DNA of 63,444 nt, filler included, from Cercozoa sp. M6MM (Eukaryota; Protista; Endomyxa: Ascetosporea), in assembly GCA_040357565.1 (NCBI GenBank). It is 10 parts of 10 records of this genome, joined end to end, with 100 filler letters (N's around TTAATTAATTAA, not from the genome) between each part and the next. Parts side by side here need not be neighbours in the genome. Positions count along the whole stretch, not along the records: positions 1 to 10,475 come from JBDODJ010000440.1; positions 10,576 to 14,804 come from JBDODJ010001195.1; 8 more parts are not named here. One strand, written 5' to 3'. The translations under genes were made by a program, and so were the position numbers. Shown here in pieces: positions 1 to 13,151 of the stretch (within the stretch, counting starts at the first letter, position 1; the number at the start of each line of letters is the position of its first letter). The notes under the pieces are model-generated. The model saw only the letters and a list, made by a program, of their open reading frames with translations, did no database searches and had not been told where the DNA came from.

Positions 1-2760
1 CCCCTCACCCTCTCATTATACTCTCCAACTCCTGCCCGTTTACCTTCTTCACTTCTTTACCCCCCTATTTACCCCTCCCCCCTTCCCCCCCCCCCAGTAA
101 GGTGTACCGCGATCGGTCAGCAATTGGAGAGCCTCCTGCGTAGTCAGCGGCGGTTCCTGCGGCAGCGCCGTCGCCACGTGCGCGCGCAGTTCGGCGTCGC
201 TCTCTTCCGTCAGTTCGCGGACACGCGATGCAAACACACTGCCTGTACGGACGGTCCATATCGACAGTCCATATCGACAGTACATATCGACAGTACATAT
301 CGACGGTAATATCGACAGTACATACATACAGACATATATATATAGGTCCATATAGATATAGACAGTCCATAGCGACCGTTAGACAGTCCATATAGACAAG
401 TGCATACCAAACTGATCATGCAGTAGTGCGAACTGGACCACTGCGCCCGGCGAGAGCGGTGTTGCTTCGTCGCTTCGCACCGTTCGCGTCACGCGTACGC
501 CCAGACTCTCCTTGGGCTGGGGGTGGGTAAGAGGGGACGGGGGTAGAGGTAGGGGTAAGAGGGGTAGGGGTAAAGCCTACGACAACAGCGATACTGCCGT
601 CCTTGCAGACGCGTCCAACGGCTCGTACTCTTGATACACTACACCGAAAGGGTAGAGGGAAAGGAGGGGGGGGTAAACTTACTTATCTGAAACGTCCTCA
701 GCACGCTCGTGTAGTCGCACTTCCACGGCGAACTTTCGTCCCGTCGGAACGAACGTCGCCACGCGGAAGTGCACCCTGGGGGGAGTAAATAGGGTGGTAA
801 ATAGGGTGATAACTAGGGTAGTAAATAGGGCAGTAAATAGGGTGGTACATACGGGGGTAAAGAGGGGGTAAAGAGGGGGGTAAAGAGAGGGTAAAGAGGG
901 GGTAAATAGGGTGTAAATAGGGTGGTAAATAGGGGTAAAGAGGAGGGTAAAGAGGGTGGTAAAAGAGATGGTAAATAAGGTGGTAAATAGGGGTAATAGA
1001 GAGTGTAAAGCACACACTACCGATCGCCCAGACAGAGACGTGTGTCGCCAACAACGTCGTCCAGCACGAAGCCGAGCGACTCGGTCGTGTCGCTGCAGTG
1101 CTCGCTGTCGTGAATCACACGCAGCACACGCGACAGCTCGCCTACGCGATCGGTCACGACCTGCGTGATCGTGCCCTGTCCGCGCGGAAGTCACATTGAT
1201 GATACCCAATCAATCACCTCTGAGAAACGCTTGCAAAACGCACCGTGAAATCATCGGCCGACAGTGCCACCAGAGATGCGTGCGGACCCAGCGACATCGC
1301 TTCCTCCAACGACAACACGCGGATGCGACGCGGCACCACGCGGTTCTTTACTGTGGGGAAGCGGAGTAAAGGAAGGGGCGGAATGGAGGTAAAGTACCAC
1401 GCTGAGCTGTGAAAGTGACCACCGACCCGGGTCGCAGACGGTGACCCGGCAGCACGTGCCGCAACCGAAACTTTAACTTTTTGCGAGCGTCCAGTTTCAC
1501 ATCATCGCTGTGCGTTACTCGCCTGCAGATTGAAAGAAGGTTACGGGTGAGAGAGGGGGCAAGGGTAAAACGAAAGCTACAGTGTGCCGTCGCTCTTGTG
1601 CACCTTGGTAGCCACCGCGACATGTCGCATACCCGCGCATTTCGTCAGCACCAGATCCGTCGCCGCCAACATGCCCTGTACTCATTGAAAAGAGAGGTAC
1701 ATGCTCAAGAACAAAGCAAGGAACAAAGTAAGGTAGCATACCTGCTTTCGCGTTTGCGCAATGAGTCGTAGCTCGACTTGATCGCCTTCCTGCAGTCGTG
1801 TCCGCGGGAATCGCACATCGCACCCATCAAAACGCAGTTCTGTCGCCTGCTCCAGTGTCTGCGATGGCAACTCGCCCGGCTACAATCGACACTCATCAGT
1901 TTCACTCGATTCTCAAGCAAGCTCCCAATAAATTTCGAAAACTCAAGCTTTGCTTTTCGAAATTAAAGCTATAGTCAAAGCTTTCGCGATTTGGAGAAGT
2001 GAAAGGAACGTACCATGTCACGAATCGGCGCAGGTTCGACGAGAACGACGCCGCCGCGCGGCTGGTGCTGTCGTTCGAGCTGCCAGGTGTCGCAGTTCGG
2101 GTCCTGCTCGCTGGCTTCGTCAGGTGCCTGCGGCGCCTTGACGATGGTGCCGGTGTAAAGTCCACACAGCACCTCTTCGAACTGCAGCGTCGGTCCTCGC
2201 AGCGGCCGCACACCGACGGCCATTTTTGCTTCGTTGGTGTCGCCGTCGCTGAGCACAAAGAACTCGACGTCCTTGTTGGTGTGCACATCGCGCGGCTCCA
2301 CACCCGCTGCCAGGAACGGCGCGCGAAGTAGAAACTGCAAGCAGCAACGTCCAAAACATGAAGTTTCACCTTTTTTACCACAGTTTCACATGAATGAAAC
2401 AAGCACAACTCACCGGCAAATACACGTCGCGGGTCAGGCAGCGAATCACGCCGTAAAACTTTGATTTGCTTTCAATTCGGCCCCATTCGCGATGCTCCGA
2501 GCTGCCACCAGAGAAATGCAACAAACACACACTCAAGAGACCATGGAAACGTACAGGACTGCGTTCTGAGGAATTGGCGGTGCTAACTGATCGCCTGCAA
2601 CTACGCCTGTCCAGTCAAAAAGCACAGTCGCTCAGTTTAAACAGAGTGGAGAAACGCCACTTTAAAACAAGGTGTCAGGGAGTGCAACAAGAGAAAGGAA
2701 CAGTGTACCAATCGGGATGGTGACGCGGTCCTTGTTGCCCAAATCACTCGACTCCTCCAT
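1..2760 (-). CDS. CSDE1/UNR-like multi-cold-shock-domain RNA-binding protein (multi-exon, 3' truncated at window start)
   Basis: Probable ATG at 2760 (MEESSDLGNK). Spliced segments FYGVIRCLTRDV..LFHSCE, KMAVGVRPLRGPTLQFEEVLCGLYTGTIVK, LRFDGCDVRFPRTRLQEGDQVELRL and FRLRHVLPGHRLRPGSVVTFT resemble, in order, the alternating canonical and non-canonical CSDs of UNR. Confidence 0.6.
780..998 (-). repeat. Intronic degenerate (TTTACCCC)n repeat, representative copy
   Basis: GGGGTAAA-type units on the plus strand inside an intron of a minus-strand gene. Confidence 0.9.
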
Positions 2761-3022
2761 TATTCGTTCGTGTGGGAAAAAGAACGTATTCTGAGCCCAG
2801 CAACAATTGAAGGGAGTGTCTACGCAGAGTTCTTAACACGTGGATGTCAGGAATTCTGCTTTGCGCGACCAGCAAGTGTGGTTTAGTGCAATTAATTAAG
2901 GGTGCGCTTTTTTGTTCTCACTGCGAAAAGAGCCACGTGTGTTCCCTTACAGCAAACACCTGTGGGGTAAACTCGTGAATAGCAGTATTGGCACAGTGCT
3001 GCACTAAATAGCAGATTGATAC

Positions 3023-3813
3023 ATGGGCGTGGGTCTTGTTCAACGCGCCAAGGACTATGTCTTGGAAGAGACGGCCGGCCTCCGTCGCCTCGGAGTGCGC
3101 GGTTTCATTCAGCAGGTAGCACTTGGGTCACTTTCGATCTTAACAGACTGACGCTACGTGTGCTGGCACAGGTCCTGAGCATCGGACTCGTGCTGAGTGG
3201 CGCGTTGATGACATGGAAGCTTTTGATGCTGCTGACGAACTCGCCGTCGCCCGTCGTTGTGGTTCTGACGGCCAGCATGGAGCCTGCAATTCATCGAGGT
3301 GTTGTGCTACTGCTCTATGTGTATGTCTTTAATATACATTAATATATCTATTATTTGCCTTGCATTTCAATTTACAGTGTATTTATTTTTTGCTGTGGTT
3401 AGGTGACATCCTCGTGCTGAACAACCAGCAGGACTTGCTGCAAGTGGGCGACATTGTTGTTTATCAGCTCGATCATCGTGAGATTCCGATCATTCACCGC
3501 GTGCTTGAGACGAGAACTGACAGGTACCCCCCCCCCTTACAAAAAACGATAGATGTTTCGTTGCTGTGGCAGTGAGACGGGAGAGCAGCTCCTGCTCACC
3601 AAGGGCGACAACAACCGCTGGGACGACCGTGGCCTCTACAACAAGGGCCAGATGTGGCTCAAGCGCGACGAGCACGTGCTAGGCCGAGCGATCATGTTCA
3701 TGCCCAGTGTCGGCTACGTCACCATCGCGCTCAACGAGAACCCAATGTTTAAGGCGCTCGTCTTGGGAGGCATACTCCTCTACACGCTCGTACAGCGTGA
3801 GGATGCTGTTTAA
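3023..3813 (+). CDS. SEC11: Signal peptidase complex catalytic subunit SEC11 (4 exons)
   Basis: TNSPSPVVVVLTASMEPAIHRGD, EIPIIHRV, LLTKGDNNRWDDRGLY and GRAIMFMPSVGYVTI; three GT-AG introns; TAA stop at 3811-3813. Confidence 0.95.
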
Positions 3814-4113
3814 TAGTTCTGCCCCTACCACACAGTTGTTCGGTTCAGATCGTGTGAATGAGTCCAAATGGGCCTAAAGATAAAGTCAAAAAATCAAGTT
3901 GCACAGAGCGTTGACAGATACCAGACTAAGCGGACGTGCTGCAGCGAGTTGCTGTGAATCGTCTGACGTGCATTACTGGCACGATTGTGTACAGTGGGCG
4001 AAATTTTCGCGCTGGTGATTGCTGTTGACTTGAAACGAGCGTGGACCCAAAAGGAACCAAAAGCGTCGTGTGAGTTTCGCGTGTTTTAGTCGGCCGAGCC
4101 ATTCGCTTTCACC

Positions 4114-5029
4114 ATGTCGGCCAAGAGCAGAGGCAGCTACTGCGACATCGATGATATCATCACTGATTCACAGGTAGCACTAAGTGCTGTTTGAGTTTCG
4201 TGGTTTTTATTGTGGTTGGTTGACCGTGTTGCACCAGAATCTCACGTTCATGCTGGAAGACACGTTCGGCGAGGTTTTTGGCGAGGTGCGTTTGCTTCTT
4301 TCGGGTGTTTTCTTGCATTAAAAGCCATGCGATTGTGATTGTGTCATTGACAGGAGCTATCAGCGGACTTGAAAATGCCGCCGACGGAACAGCACTTCGT
4401 GGCACCGCTGTGGCTCGGCGTAGGTATGGCGCGCGAGGAACTCGTTACGGTATGCTATTTTTCCTCTTTTGATTTTGAAAGCTGATTGCTGCTCGAAGTT
4501 TTTAAGCTTAAAAAATGAAAGTTTGTTGAAAGTTTGTTTTAAACTGGAAGCTGATGTAAAATTGTCACCCTGTGTGAAACTTCTAACTAGTGCAAGGCGA
4601 ACCTTGATTGAAGCTCTGCGTAAAGCTAATGTAGAAAGCGTTGTTTTTGTGTGTGCAGGTCGTGAGGCCAAAGGAGTTCCAGATGTCGACACTGCTGGAT
4701 GTGCAGACTGACACGCGCACCTCGCCGAAAGAGCAGTGCGGCCATGTGCACTACTACGAGGTGGCCGAGAAGCTGTCTACTCTGGCAGAGTTTCACGACC
4801 TGCCGCTCAGGATGCGACAGGTTTTTGCAGCACGATTCGGTGACGTACTGTTGAAGTCGCATGCCTGGGGTAGCCAGCTCAACGTCGAGTTTTTCAAGAG
4901 TCTCGTGCACCTCGAAATGATCTGTACCCTGGCAACTACACAAAGCGCAAATCCTTGTGATTGTTTTTGTCCTGTTTAGTGTTCATGTTGAACGAGGCGT
5001 CGAATCGATACTTCCCGGTCATTCACTAG
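4114..5029 (+). CDS. PSF3: GINS complex subunit Psf3-like
   Basis: N-terminal SYCDIDDIITDSQ, APLWLG, HYYEVAEKL and LRMRQVFAARF match the Psf3 pattern; 4 GT-AG introns; TAG stop. Confidence 0.7.
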
Positions 5030-5563
5030 CATAGCACAGCATCGCATGGCAACGAACGGCGCCCTGCGTTTTATACGCGACCGCACGTCCGCGCGGGTCC
5101 GATCTAGATTTTTAGTCACTCCTATCATGAGCACGAGCAGTTGAGTTTCAAAGAGTCATGGGAATTTATTGACTCGATCTGCCATAAATTTATACAGCGC
5201 TGAGTTCGCGAAACGCTTGGCTCTGGTTTTCCCCACTCGACGGTAGTCTTAACGTAATGTAGGTGTCTTTAGGCTTGTTCACTTCTCTAGAGCAAACCGG
5301 TGGGGTCCCGGGCAGTCGCAAGTCAAAACACACCGCAAACTTATGCCGGCATTCTATTTCTCTTTGAATCGCGTTGGAACGGGTACTGCTGACTGCGTGT
5401 ACCTGTAGATCGAAATCCGAACACCAAGATAGAGCACCCACTTCAAACAGACTTGTCCATTCAGTTCATTCCTGGCGGCGTTTTGGAAAAATAGGGAAAA
5501 CAAAATACTGAACTGCACCAATACTGAAACCGCACCGGGGCTCACGTCAAATCAACGGTTCAC

Positions 5564-6700
5564 ATGCCCACAGACAGGAAAGGGCAGTTCTACTACGTGC
5601 CCTCGCGCACATCTCCGTGGGCGACCTTCGAGGTGTGCCGATTGTTTTCTGTTATCTGAAACCAAGGTTCTGAGCAAATTTCGTCCTTGACTTAGAGCAA
5701 AATTCCGAAGCCCGAAGCGGGAACAACCTGGCCCTTTGCGTGTCCGGAATGTGGACTGAAACTCAAGGAACTCGACGAAGAGTGTACTTTATAAACTGCT
5801 TTGCATTTTGGCTCGAAAAAAGAAAGCAATTGGCAAATTGCTGGACAGGGACAAACGTCAATGCGCTAGTCAGGCACTACGTAAAGCAGCACGGACATCT
5901 CGAATTGCTTCGAGTCAAATCACGAACATTCGACTGCCCGAAAACGTAAATCCGTTGCAAAACCCTCCTTATATTTGCAACTCAACTTTCGGCAGCGCGA
6001 AAGCTGTGGCGAGAAAGCTGAGGGCCAAGTTGACTGACGACGCTCTGCACAAACGCCTCGTGCCTCTCTTCCTCGTATCTGCACTAAAACAAACGCTTTG
6101 GGTGAGTACTTTGCAGCATGTGCCAGTGTATTCAGGTGCCATATCCGAGTCCTCCCAACCTGCCACACATCCGTCGTGTCATCGCAGACGTGCGAACGCA
6201 AAGAGAAGAACAATTTGGGTCAGTCCCTCCACTACCTACATCTATAATCAAAGTGTTGGTGTATGTCGATAGAGTTATGGCTCGTAAACGCGCTTATCCG
6301 TTCTGTGACAACGTAAACTATGAAGTAGTCGAAGAAAATAGCGGTAACTTTCGAATCGAACCCACCCATGCCCTTATCACTAGTGACTCTGTGGTATGTA
6401 TACAGTGAAAGACGACTCGGGCTCAGTGATCACACTGCAAACATTGCGAGATTTAATTTCGACCGAATTCTGGACCGAAGCATGTCTGCGAAAACGAAAA
6501 ACTCATGTAAATGCTGCATTTGCACTGGCTAGTACCTGACTGTTAATGTCCACGTTTGAAAGGACACGCACTTGAAAACGTTTGTGCACCTAAGTCGGCG
6601 ACTTCAAGCACAGTACACATCTCTTGTTTCAAGAAGATATCAGTGTTCTACATTGAGTGCGAACAGTGCTGCCTCACTGCCTGTCAATTCGGAACGTAGG
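5564..6700 (+). CDS. Hypothetical protein with a possible C2H2 zinc finger (boundaries uncertain)
   Basis: Spliced reading gives FACPECGLKL...NALVRHYVKQH followed by FDCPK; downstream exons not resolved. Confidence 0.3.
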
Positions 6701-7370
6701 GCTTGCTTTGTTTATTCACAGCTATACTATATCTGAACAAAACAGTTCGTTTTTTTTTGTCCAGTCCTCTCGTTGTGGTGGGACAAGCTGCAAAACACAC
6801 AACGGTTTTCTGGAGCCACTTTGATCCGATTTGCTCACGAAGCGCAAGTACAACGCAGCTTTCGCTAAATCAATGTGATTTGAAAGAGACAGTTTTCTCT
6901 TCGTTCTTGCAGAAAGAGCTGCCGGCACTCACGGTGGAAGACATTCTGGAAACACTTCGAACAAGTCTGCTTCATGGAGCTTTGCAATTCCGATTGTACC
7001 AATAGTCCACGAGCGCATTCAACAAAGTTAATTAAACGAACCGGTGCTGCTTGTGCACTACGGCAGTGACGTCAAAGTGCTGCTGGCGCTGCCGATGGGC
7101 ATGCAGATGTGGGTTTTGCAGTAGCGAAAAGGCCAATCTCCAATACACAAATAATATACAATTGTATTTTTGTGGCCATATGCCGGTATAATCAAACAAG
7201 TCCGTCGGTGCCCACGGTGCTCTGCTGGAGCGCTTTTCGCAGATTATACGTGCGCGCACGTGTGCTGACTTATAGTGCGCACCGTTGATGTGCGATTCAG
7301 CTTTAAATGCGCTTGAAGTGCGCGACTCTGCCGTGGCTGGTATTTTTGACCATCAGCGCTACTTGCTTGT

Positions 7371-9516
7371 GCAACACAAGCGTAATATGTGACACACACA
7401 GGCCGAGGATGCTTTGCGACGCGCGACATTTCCATGGGCGAGCTTGTGCACCGTGAGAGAGCGGTATGATGCGTAGATTGCATTGAAAGCGTTCAAAGTT
7501 ATTTTTGAGAACAGGCAGTTGCGGTGCCGCTGCTGTCGCACTTTGGCAGCGTGAAGAACGCGCACCTCTGTGATGTGGATTTGCGTTTCCGCGAAGGTGA
7601 CGAGTCTCGGTGCGATTTGTGTCGCGAGCGGCGAAGTGGGTCGCGCGAATTGCGCTCGGTGCTGGAGGAAGCGACAAAGCAAGGCGCGCCGAGTGAGATT
7701 CAGCTTGCGCTCGCGCTGCTGCTTGAGTCTTCGAAGCGATCTTCGCCGAATTTCGGAAAAAGCGAAACGGTCCAAGTTGACTCGGACGAAGCTCCATTCG
7801 CTTGTTTGCGTCGCTCGCTGCAGCGCTCGTGCAGCAGCAAGAAGACGCTGCGACAGAAGCATCGCAAGCGCCTGCGACGCTTCCTGCGATCGAGCGAATT
7901 CTCTCAGCGAGCTTTGAGAGCACTCGTGACTGCAGAAGCAGCAACGTCAGAAGAAGCTGAAAGTGTCATTCTCAACGACTGTCTCAACATGATCTACGCC
8001 AACGCTTTCGGTCTGCGCGTCTCCATGCTTGATGACAACGTATTTTCTTTCTGTCTTTTCGTGTGTTTCATACGTTTGTGTGTTTCGTTTTTTTGAACGT
8101 AGGAGTACGCACTCGCTCTGTTCGAACGGGCTTCGATGTTCAACCACAGCTGTGCTCCGAATTGCCACATTCGCTTTCGTAAATTAGTTTTCTTGACTCT
8201 AACATGCCGAAAGACTATGCTCTATGGGTTTCTTTGCAGTTGGAGACGAACTCTTTGTGTACGCGTCGCAAGAAATCAAACAAGGCCAAGAATTGTGTTT
8301 TTCGTTTGTGGTATTTTCGGCGGTTTTCCTTATCTTGATCTGGACTGTTTTAATTGGGATTTAGCGAAACTTTGAGTGTGCGAGACACGAGGATCGGCAG
8401 AAAGTGCTGCGTGCACAACTTGGGTTTCCGTGTGCGTGTGAACGATGCGCCAATACGTAGCACTTTTATTTGCACTTGTAAATTGATTTGAGTATCCGCG
8501 CGGATGTGTAGGAAGTTGACCGAGCAAGAGAAATTCCAACTTATGGACGACTTGGCTTTGGTAGTTTTTGTTTCTGTGGCGTCTGTGGATTGTTCAAACC
8601 TGATTGCAGTCGGTTGCGACCGTGGAGAAGACAGCTGAAATTGCAATTCGAAATGGACGCACTCAGGTTTTTTGTTTTAGCGATATCTTGCGGGCTTGTT
8701 TAAACTGTTTTGTTGCAGGAAGGTGCAAATTTGTACCTCGAGTTCTTGCGCGAACATGCAGACGAATTTGACGCAAATGACGTCGCAGCTTTGCCGCTGC
8801 TGGAACGTATCTGCACGGTACCAGGTTGTTTTCTTATCAAGATGTTGAACCTGGAAACTCTTGTCTTATGTTGCTCGCAGGTGTCTGCACTGGGCGCTAC
8901 CGAAATGGAACTTCCGCTGATGTAATTTCTTCTTTTTGTTTCTTTTTGTTTGCACAGAATTCTACTTTGTTCAGGGCGGCGAAAATGGGCGTCGAATTTG
9001 CCACGGAACTGCCGGTACAACTGATGTGTTTGTTACCTTAGTTTTCATATTTTTTGTTTTCGTATTCTTGTGCTTTTCGAACGCAGGACTACGGACTGAT
9101 CGATCAGTGCAATTTTTTGGAGCTGCGTTTCGCTGTGTGGCGCGCAGCTTTCGCGCTGCAGCACCGTCCCGACGCCGTCGTTGATATTGACACGGATGAT
9201 GCTGATGCTGCAACCGTCGATGATCTGTTTGATGGTGCCGGTGATGTGATGGAAGAGTCACTCGACATCAACGACTTGAACGGCGGGCAAGACGACCGAG
9301 ACAGCAGCGGTGACGTCCTTCAGTACGCACGAGAAGCCCGTGGAATGATCTCGCTCATGTTCTCCGATCACGATGGTAAACCAAGCAAATGCGGTGATGT
9401 TCCCATTCGCCATTAATTTACGTTGTACAGACATGTCGCGAGGCTTCTTGGAAGAGGCCGCTTTCGTCAGTCGGCCGCTCCGGGCACTCGTGCAACTCCT
9501 GGCACAACTGGACTAA
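7371..9516 (+). CDS. SMYD-type SET-domain lysine methyltransferase (start uncertain)
   Basis: GRGCFATRDISMGELV, MIYANAFG, ALFERASMFNHSCAPNC, ASQEIKQGQELCFS and post-SET GFPCACERC. Confidence 0.85.
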
Positions 9517-9765
9517 CGTCGGTCGTTTTCACGAACTGTGCTGCTTGATGGCTATTCAGCACTTAGCTCTAGTTGCTTTCGGCTGCAAAGTCGGACGCAT
9601 CTTCGCAAACTGCCGGCTTTAAGAGGTAAGTTTGTGACTGGTAGTTTTGTATTTTTAAAATCAATCCTTTTAAATCAATCTCCCGCCAGCGCAATTGTCT
9701 CCACGGCATTCTGTGTGGACGCCAGGTCTCCGTTCTGCAATCAGGTGGGCTTTGGTGCGCGGTTT

Positions 9766-10023
9766 TCAACCGAAAGTATCAACTGCCCGAAAGTTAGAAA
9801 AAGTCATTTGATCCTCCAAAATCGCCCAGTTTGTCCTTTTCGCTGCGTAACACTTCAGGTATACCAAAAACACCCAAAGACAGTCAAATACATAGTAAAA
9901 CGGTTGGTACGGTCGTTCCTGTCGTCGCATGCGCTCAAGCGAGTCGGAACGAAGTAGCTGCATCAAGTCGAGATCGCTCATGCCAGTGCTGTTGCCGCCA
10001 TTGCCGTTGCTTGTATTTGACAT
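9766..10023 (-). CDS. Small hypothetical protein
   Basis: Open frame MSNTSNGNGG...RAVDTFG; no family recognised. Confidence 0.3.
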   Translation of the reverse strand: MSNTSNGNGGNSTGMSDLDLMQLLRSDSLERMRRQERPYQPFYYVFDCLWVFLVYLKCYAAKRTNWAILEDQMTFSNFRAVDTFG

Positions 10024-10475
10024 TGTTCCTGTAGACAGCAAACATCGTTTACAAAACACTCATTCTTGACTTGGAAGGGTGAAACGTACCAAAGGTAGAA
10101 CTTTCCAAAGTTGAGCCTGTTATTTCACACAGATTCTTGAAAAAAACGAAGCAACAAAAACGAAAGCTATGCGAAAGAAACAAAAGCTTTGCGAAAGAAA
10201 CAAAAGCTTTGCGAAAGAAACAAAAGTGTTGAGACAAATAAGAAAAGCTGTTGACTACCAGAAAACGAATCCGACACGAGTGAATCGTCAAAGGAGAAGA
10301 AGTCATTCGGCACTGCGAATGGGTCTGCCCATCAAACAAAGCATAGTTTTTACCTTAACCACCCCCTACTCCGTATTAAGAAACGCACCAGAAAAAAGCG
10401 AAGGCTGTGGCGCCGATTTTGCGCGCGGCAACGCCGGTCGTTCGTTGGGTACCGACAGTAACTGGGGGGGGGGGG

Positions 10476-10575
10476 NNNNNNNNNNNNNNNNNNNNNNNNN
10501 NNNNNNNNNNNNNNNNNNNTTAATTAATTAANNNNNNNNNNNNNNNNNNNNNNNNNNNNNNNNNNNNNNNNNNNN
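10476..10575. other. Artificial contig linker (N run + TTAATTAATTAA + N run)
   Basis: The same 12-mer, with stops in all six frames, sits inside N runs at 10520, 14849, 22262, 27376, 37606, 44249, 47633, 49321 and 58361. Confidence 0.97.
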
Positions 10576-12923
10576 GGGGGGTAAAGTGGGGATAAAGTGG
10601 GGGGGGGTAAAGGGGGAGTAAACGGGGTAAAGGAGAAGTAAACAGGAGGGTAAAGAGGGAGTAAATAGGGGGGTAAAGGGGAAGTAAACAGGGGATAAAG
10701 TGGGGGGTAAAGTGGGGGTAAAGTGGGGTAAACAGGGGGTAAAGCACCGCCAACTCAGGCGACTGCAGCGCGTGCTGCTTGAGCGACAAGTGCAGTCGCT
10801 GCGACACGACGGCGTGCGACACGACGGCCGCGCCCACGTCGCTCACGTTGTCGAACACGAGGCGCGTGTTGCCGTCATCCGCGCGCTCGCGACTGCACGT
10901 CTGCGCCAGTGCCTGTCCAACCAAAGGGTCGCTTTTATTAAAGGTGTGTCAAACTGGCGGTATTAAGGGTGTTTTTATAGAGTAAAACATGTAAAACATG
11001 CTTATATTCAAACGGTATTAAAAATTATTATTTAAGGGAGTGAAACGATGTTATTAAAGGGTGTGAAACGATGTTATTTAAGGGTGTGAAGCGATGTTAT
11101 TTAAGGGAGCGAAAAAAAGACACACATACCGGAAGCAAACGCGCAGCCACGTGTTCCAGCACGGCGGCGATGTCGCCGGATCGGTCGCGCGGCAACAGGT
11201 CGCTCTGGTACAGCACCGTGTAGAGACACTGCGCCACGCTGCAGGCCGCGCTTGCACTGCTCGGGAGGTGAGGAGTAAGAGGGAAGAGGGGGTAGAAGGT
11301 AGGGGATAAGGAGGTAATACTCGGAATCAATGGTGACGCACAACGCCTGAAACAAGGCGTCAACAAGACCAACTTGCTGCAGCGATAGCAGATTGAACTG
11401 CGAGCCAAAGCAGCGCGAGAAACTCGCGATCACATCGGCACTCAGTTCCTGTTTATAGGGGTAAAGGGGAAGGTAAAGGTAAGGGAAAAGGTAAAGGGAA
11501 AAGGGTAAGGGAAAAGGGAAAATGAAAGGTAAAGTGGGAAGGGACTAAAGGGGTAATCTTCAACCTACCGGGTGCGTCGAGATTAGTGAACTGAGGAAGT
11601 GAATCAGCGGCTCCAGCACGCGCAGTCCAAAATCCGTCTGCACAAACACGCTTGTCAAACAGCTTTGTTCAAAGCTCAACTCCGCTGGGATGTTTAATCC
11701 AGACAAAGACAGAAACGGTTGTTCAAAAACAAAAGCTTGCTTTCGTACGAAAAAATAAAAGCTGAAAAGCTACAATGAAAAGAGTTAAACAAAGCTTTTT
11801 AAAAAGTCTCGAGAAGAAGAAAGCAACACAAGTCAGAACTAAACAAAAGAAGGCAGCACAAAAGCTGAAGCACACTGAGAAAAGCTACCGCAAGCGCTTG
11901 TCTGGTGCCGTAGCCCATGCCATCATGCAAATCTTCTTCTTCGTCGCTGTCTGCGTCAGCTTTCAGTTTGTTCAGTCCAAAACAACATTGAAACCGTTTC
12001 GTACCATCAACAAGCAGACGAGCAACAGCTGCAATCACAAAAACAAACAACTTGAAACAAACAAACTTGTTCAGACAACAAGAGTACCATCAAGCACATG
12101 CAGCGCTTGCGCACCGAGCTGTGCCTGCAGCACCTGCAACAAGAATGAGCACAGTGCAGTTTGCACATTGGAGTTTTCATTTTTGTTTCGATCCGCGAGG
12201 GCGGCCAGTTTGATCGCACTCCTGCCAGGAAATTAAAACTTACTTGGCTTCTCATGGAAGGAACCAGTAACTTTGTTATCATACCGAGCAGCAACTACTC
12301 CGAGATGATTCGCGGCCTGATTGAATCAAAATTTCGCACTCGAAACAAAACAGCGAATTTGCAAAAAGTGGAATAACCAAAAATACCGCACTGACTGTGT
12401 TGCTGGCTGGCAGTTGACCCAAAGCAAACAAACGCGTCACACAGGCTTCCACTGCAGCCTGGAGAGCAGCTGCAGACCAAGAAACTTGCAAATAAACATG
12501 CAAACAAACAAACTGGTTCATCACACCTTGGCCCTGACACGAGTTCTGCCGCAACGTGGAAGCTGCAAACAGTGCCAACGACGCTTTGTTGGCACTCGGG
12601 ATTTCTGCGATTCACTATTTCGTGAGAAGTATTGTAGAAAGAAAAAAACAAAGTGACGCACCTTTCGCAAGCAAGCGTTCGATTCGCTCAAACTCGAGCA
12701 ATGCGAGTGCGATGTGCCACGCGTGCTCGCTCGACTGCAACTGCAGCAGAAACGCGTTCGCTTGCGGGAAATGCTGCGCATCGCCACTTTCCACCACAGC
12801 AAGTGCGTTTAGCACTTGCTCGGCCAGCTGACGCAAGTCTATCCCCGCCAGTTCAATAATACAAATACCATAAAGATAAATACAACTAGCACAAAATGCA
12901 GTACTCGCGTCGTCTCCCGACAT
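10576..12923 (-). CDS. Importin-beta/karyopherin family protein (transportin-3/importin-13-like), 3' truncated
   Basis: N-terminal VLNALAVV...PQANAFLLQLQSSEHAWHIALALL...LFAASTLRQ resembles an IBN_N region; helical Leu-rich exons follow. Confidence 0.6.
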
Positions 12924-13151
12924 TTTAGCAACCTTTCACGCACCCCTCGGGGTGTAGCACAACTCAGAACCCCTTTTTACAGCACAGTAGCGCCTCTGGA
13001 CTATTTTAAGGTAGCTTATTTTCTGCAGGGCTTCCCACACCAGTTTAGATCATCGCTGGCATTGTCTCTGGGCAGGTGCATAGATGTCTGTGTACCGTGT
13101 GCGCCCAGTCGCGCAGTCGCTGGCGCGCACGCTGCGAGCATCATCGCGAAT

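Noticed and set aside
10520-10531. Recurrent TTAATTAATTAA palindrome as a biological element
   Set aside because: It is always centred in a fixed-length N pad and gives stops in all six frames, so it is a contig-joining linker.
10576-10743. Telomeres at contig ends
   Set aside because: The G-rich strand reads GGGGTAAA rather than TTAGGG-like, and the same tracts occur inside ordinary introns; contigs simply break there.
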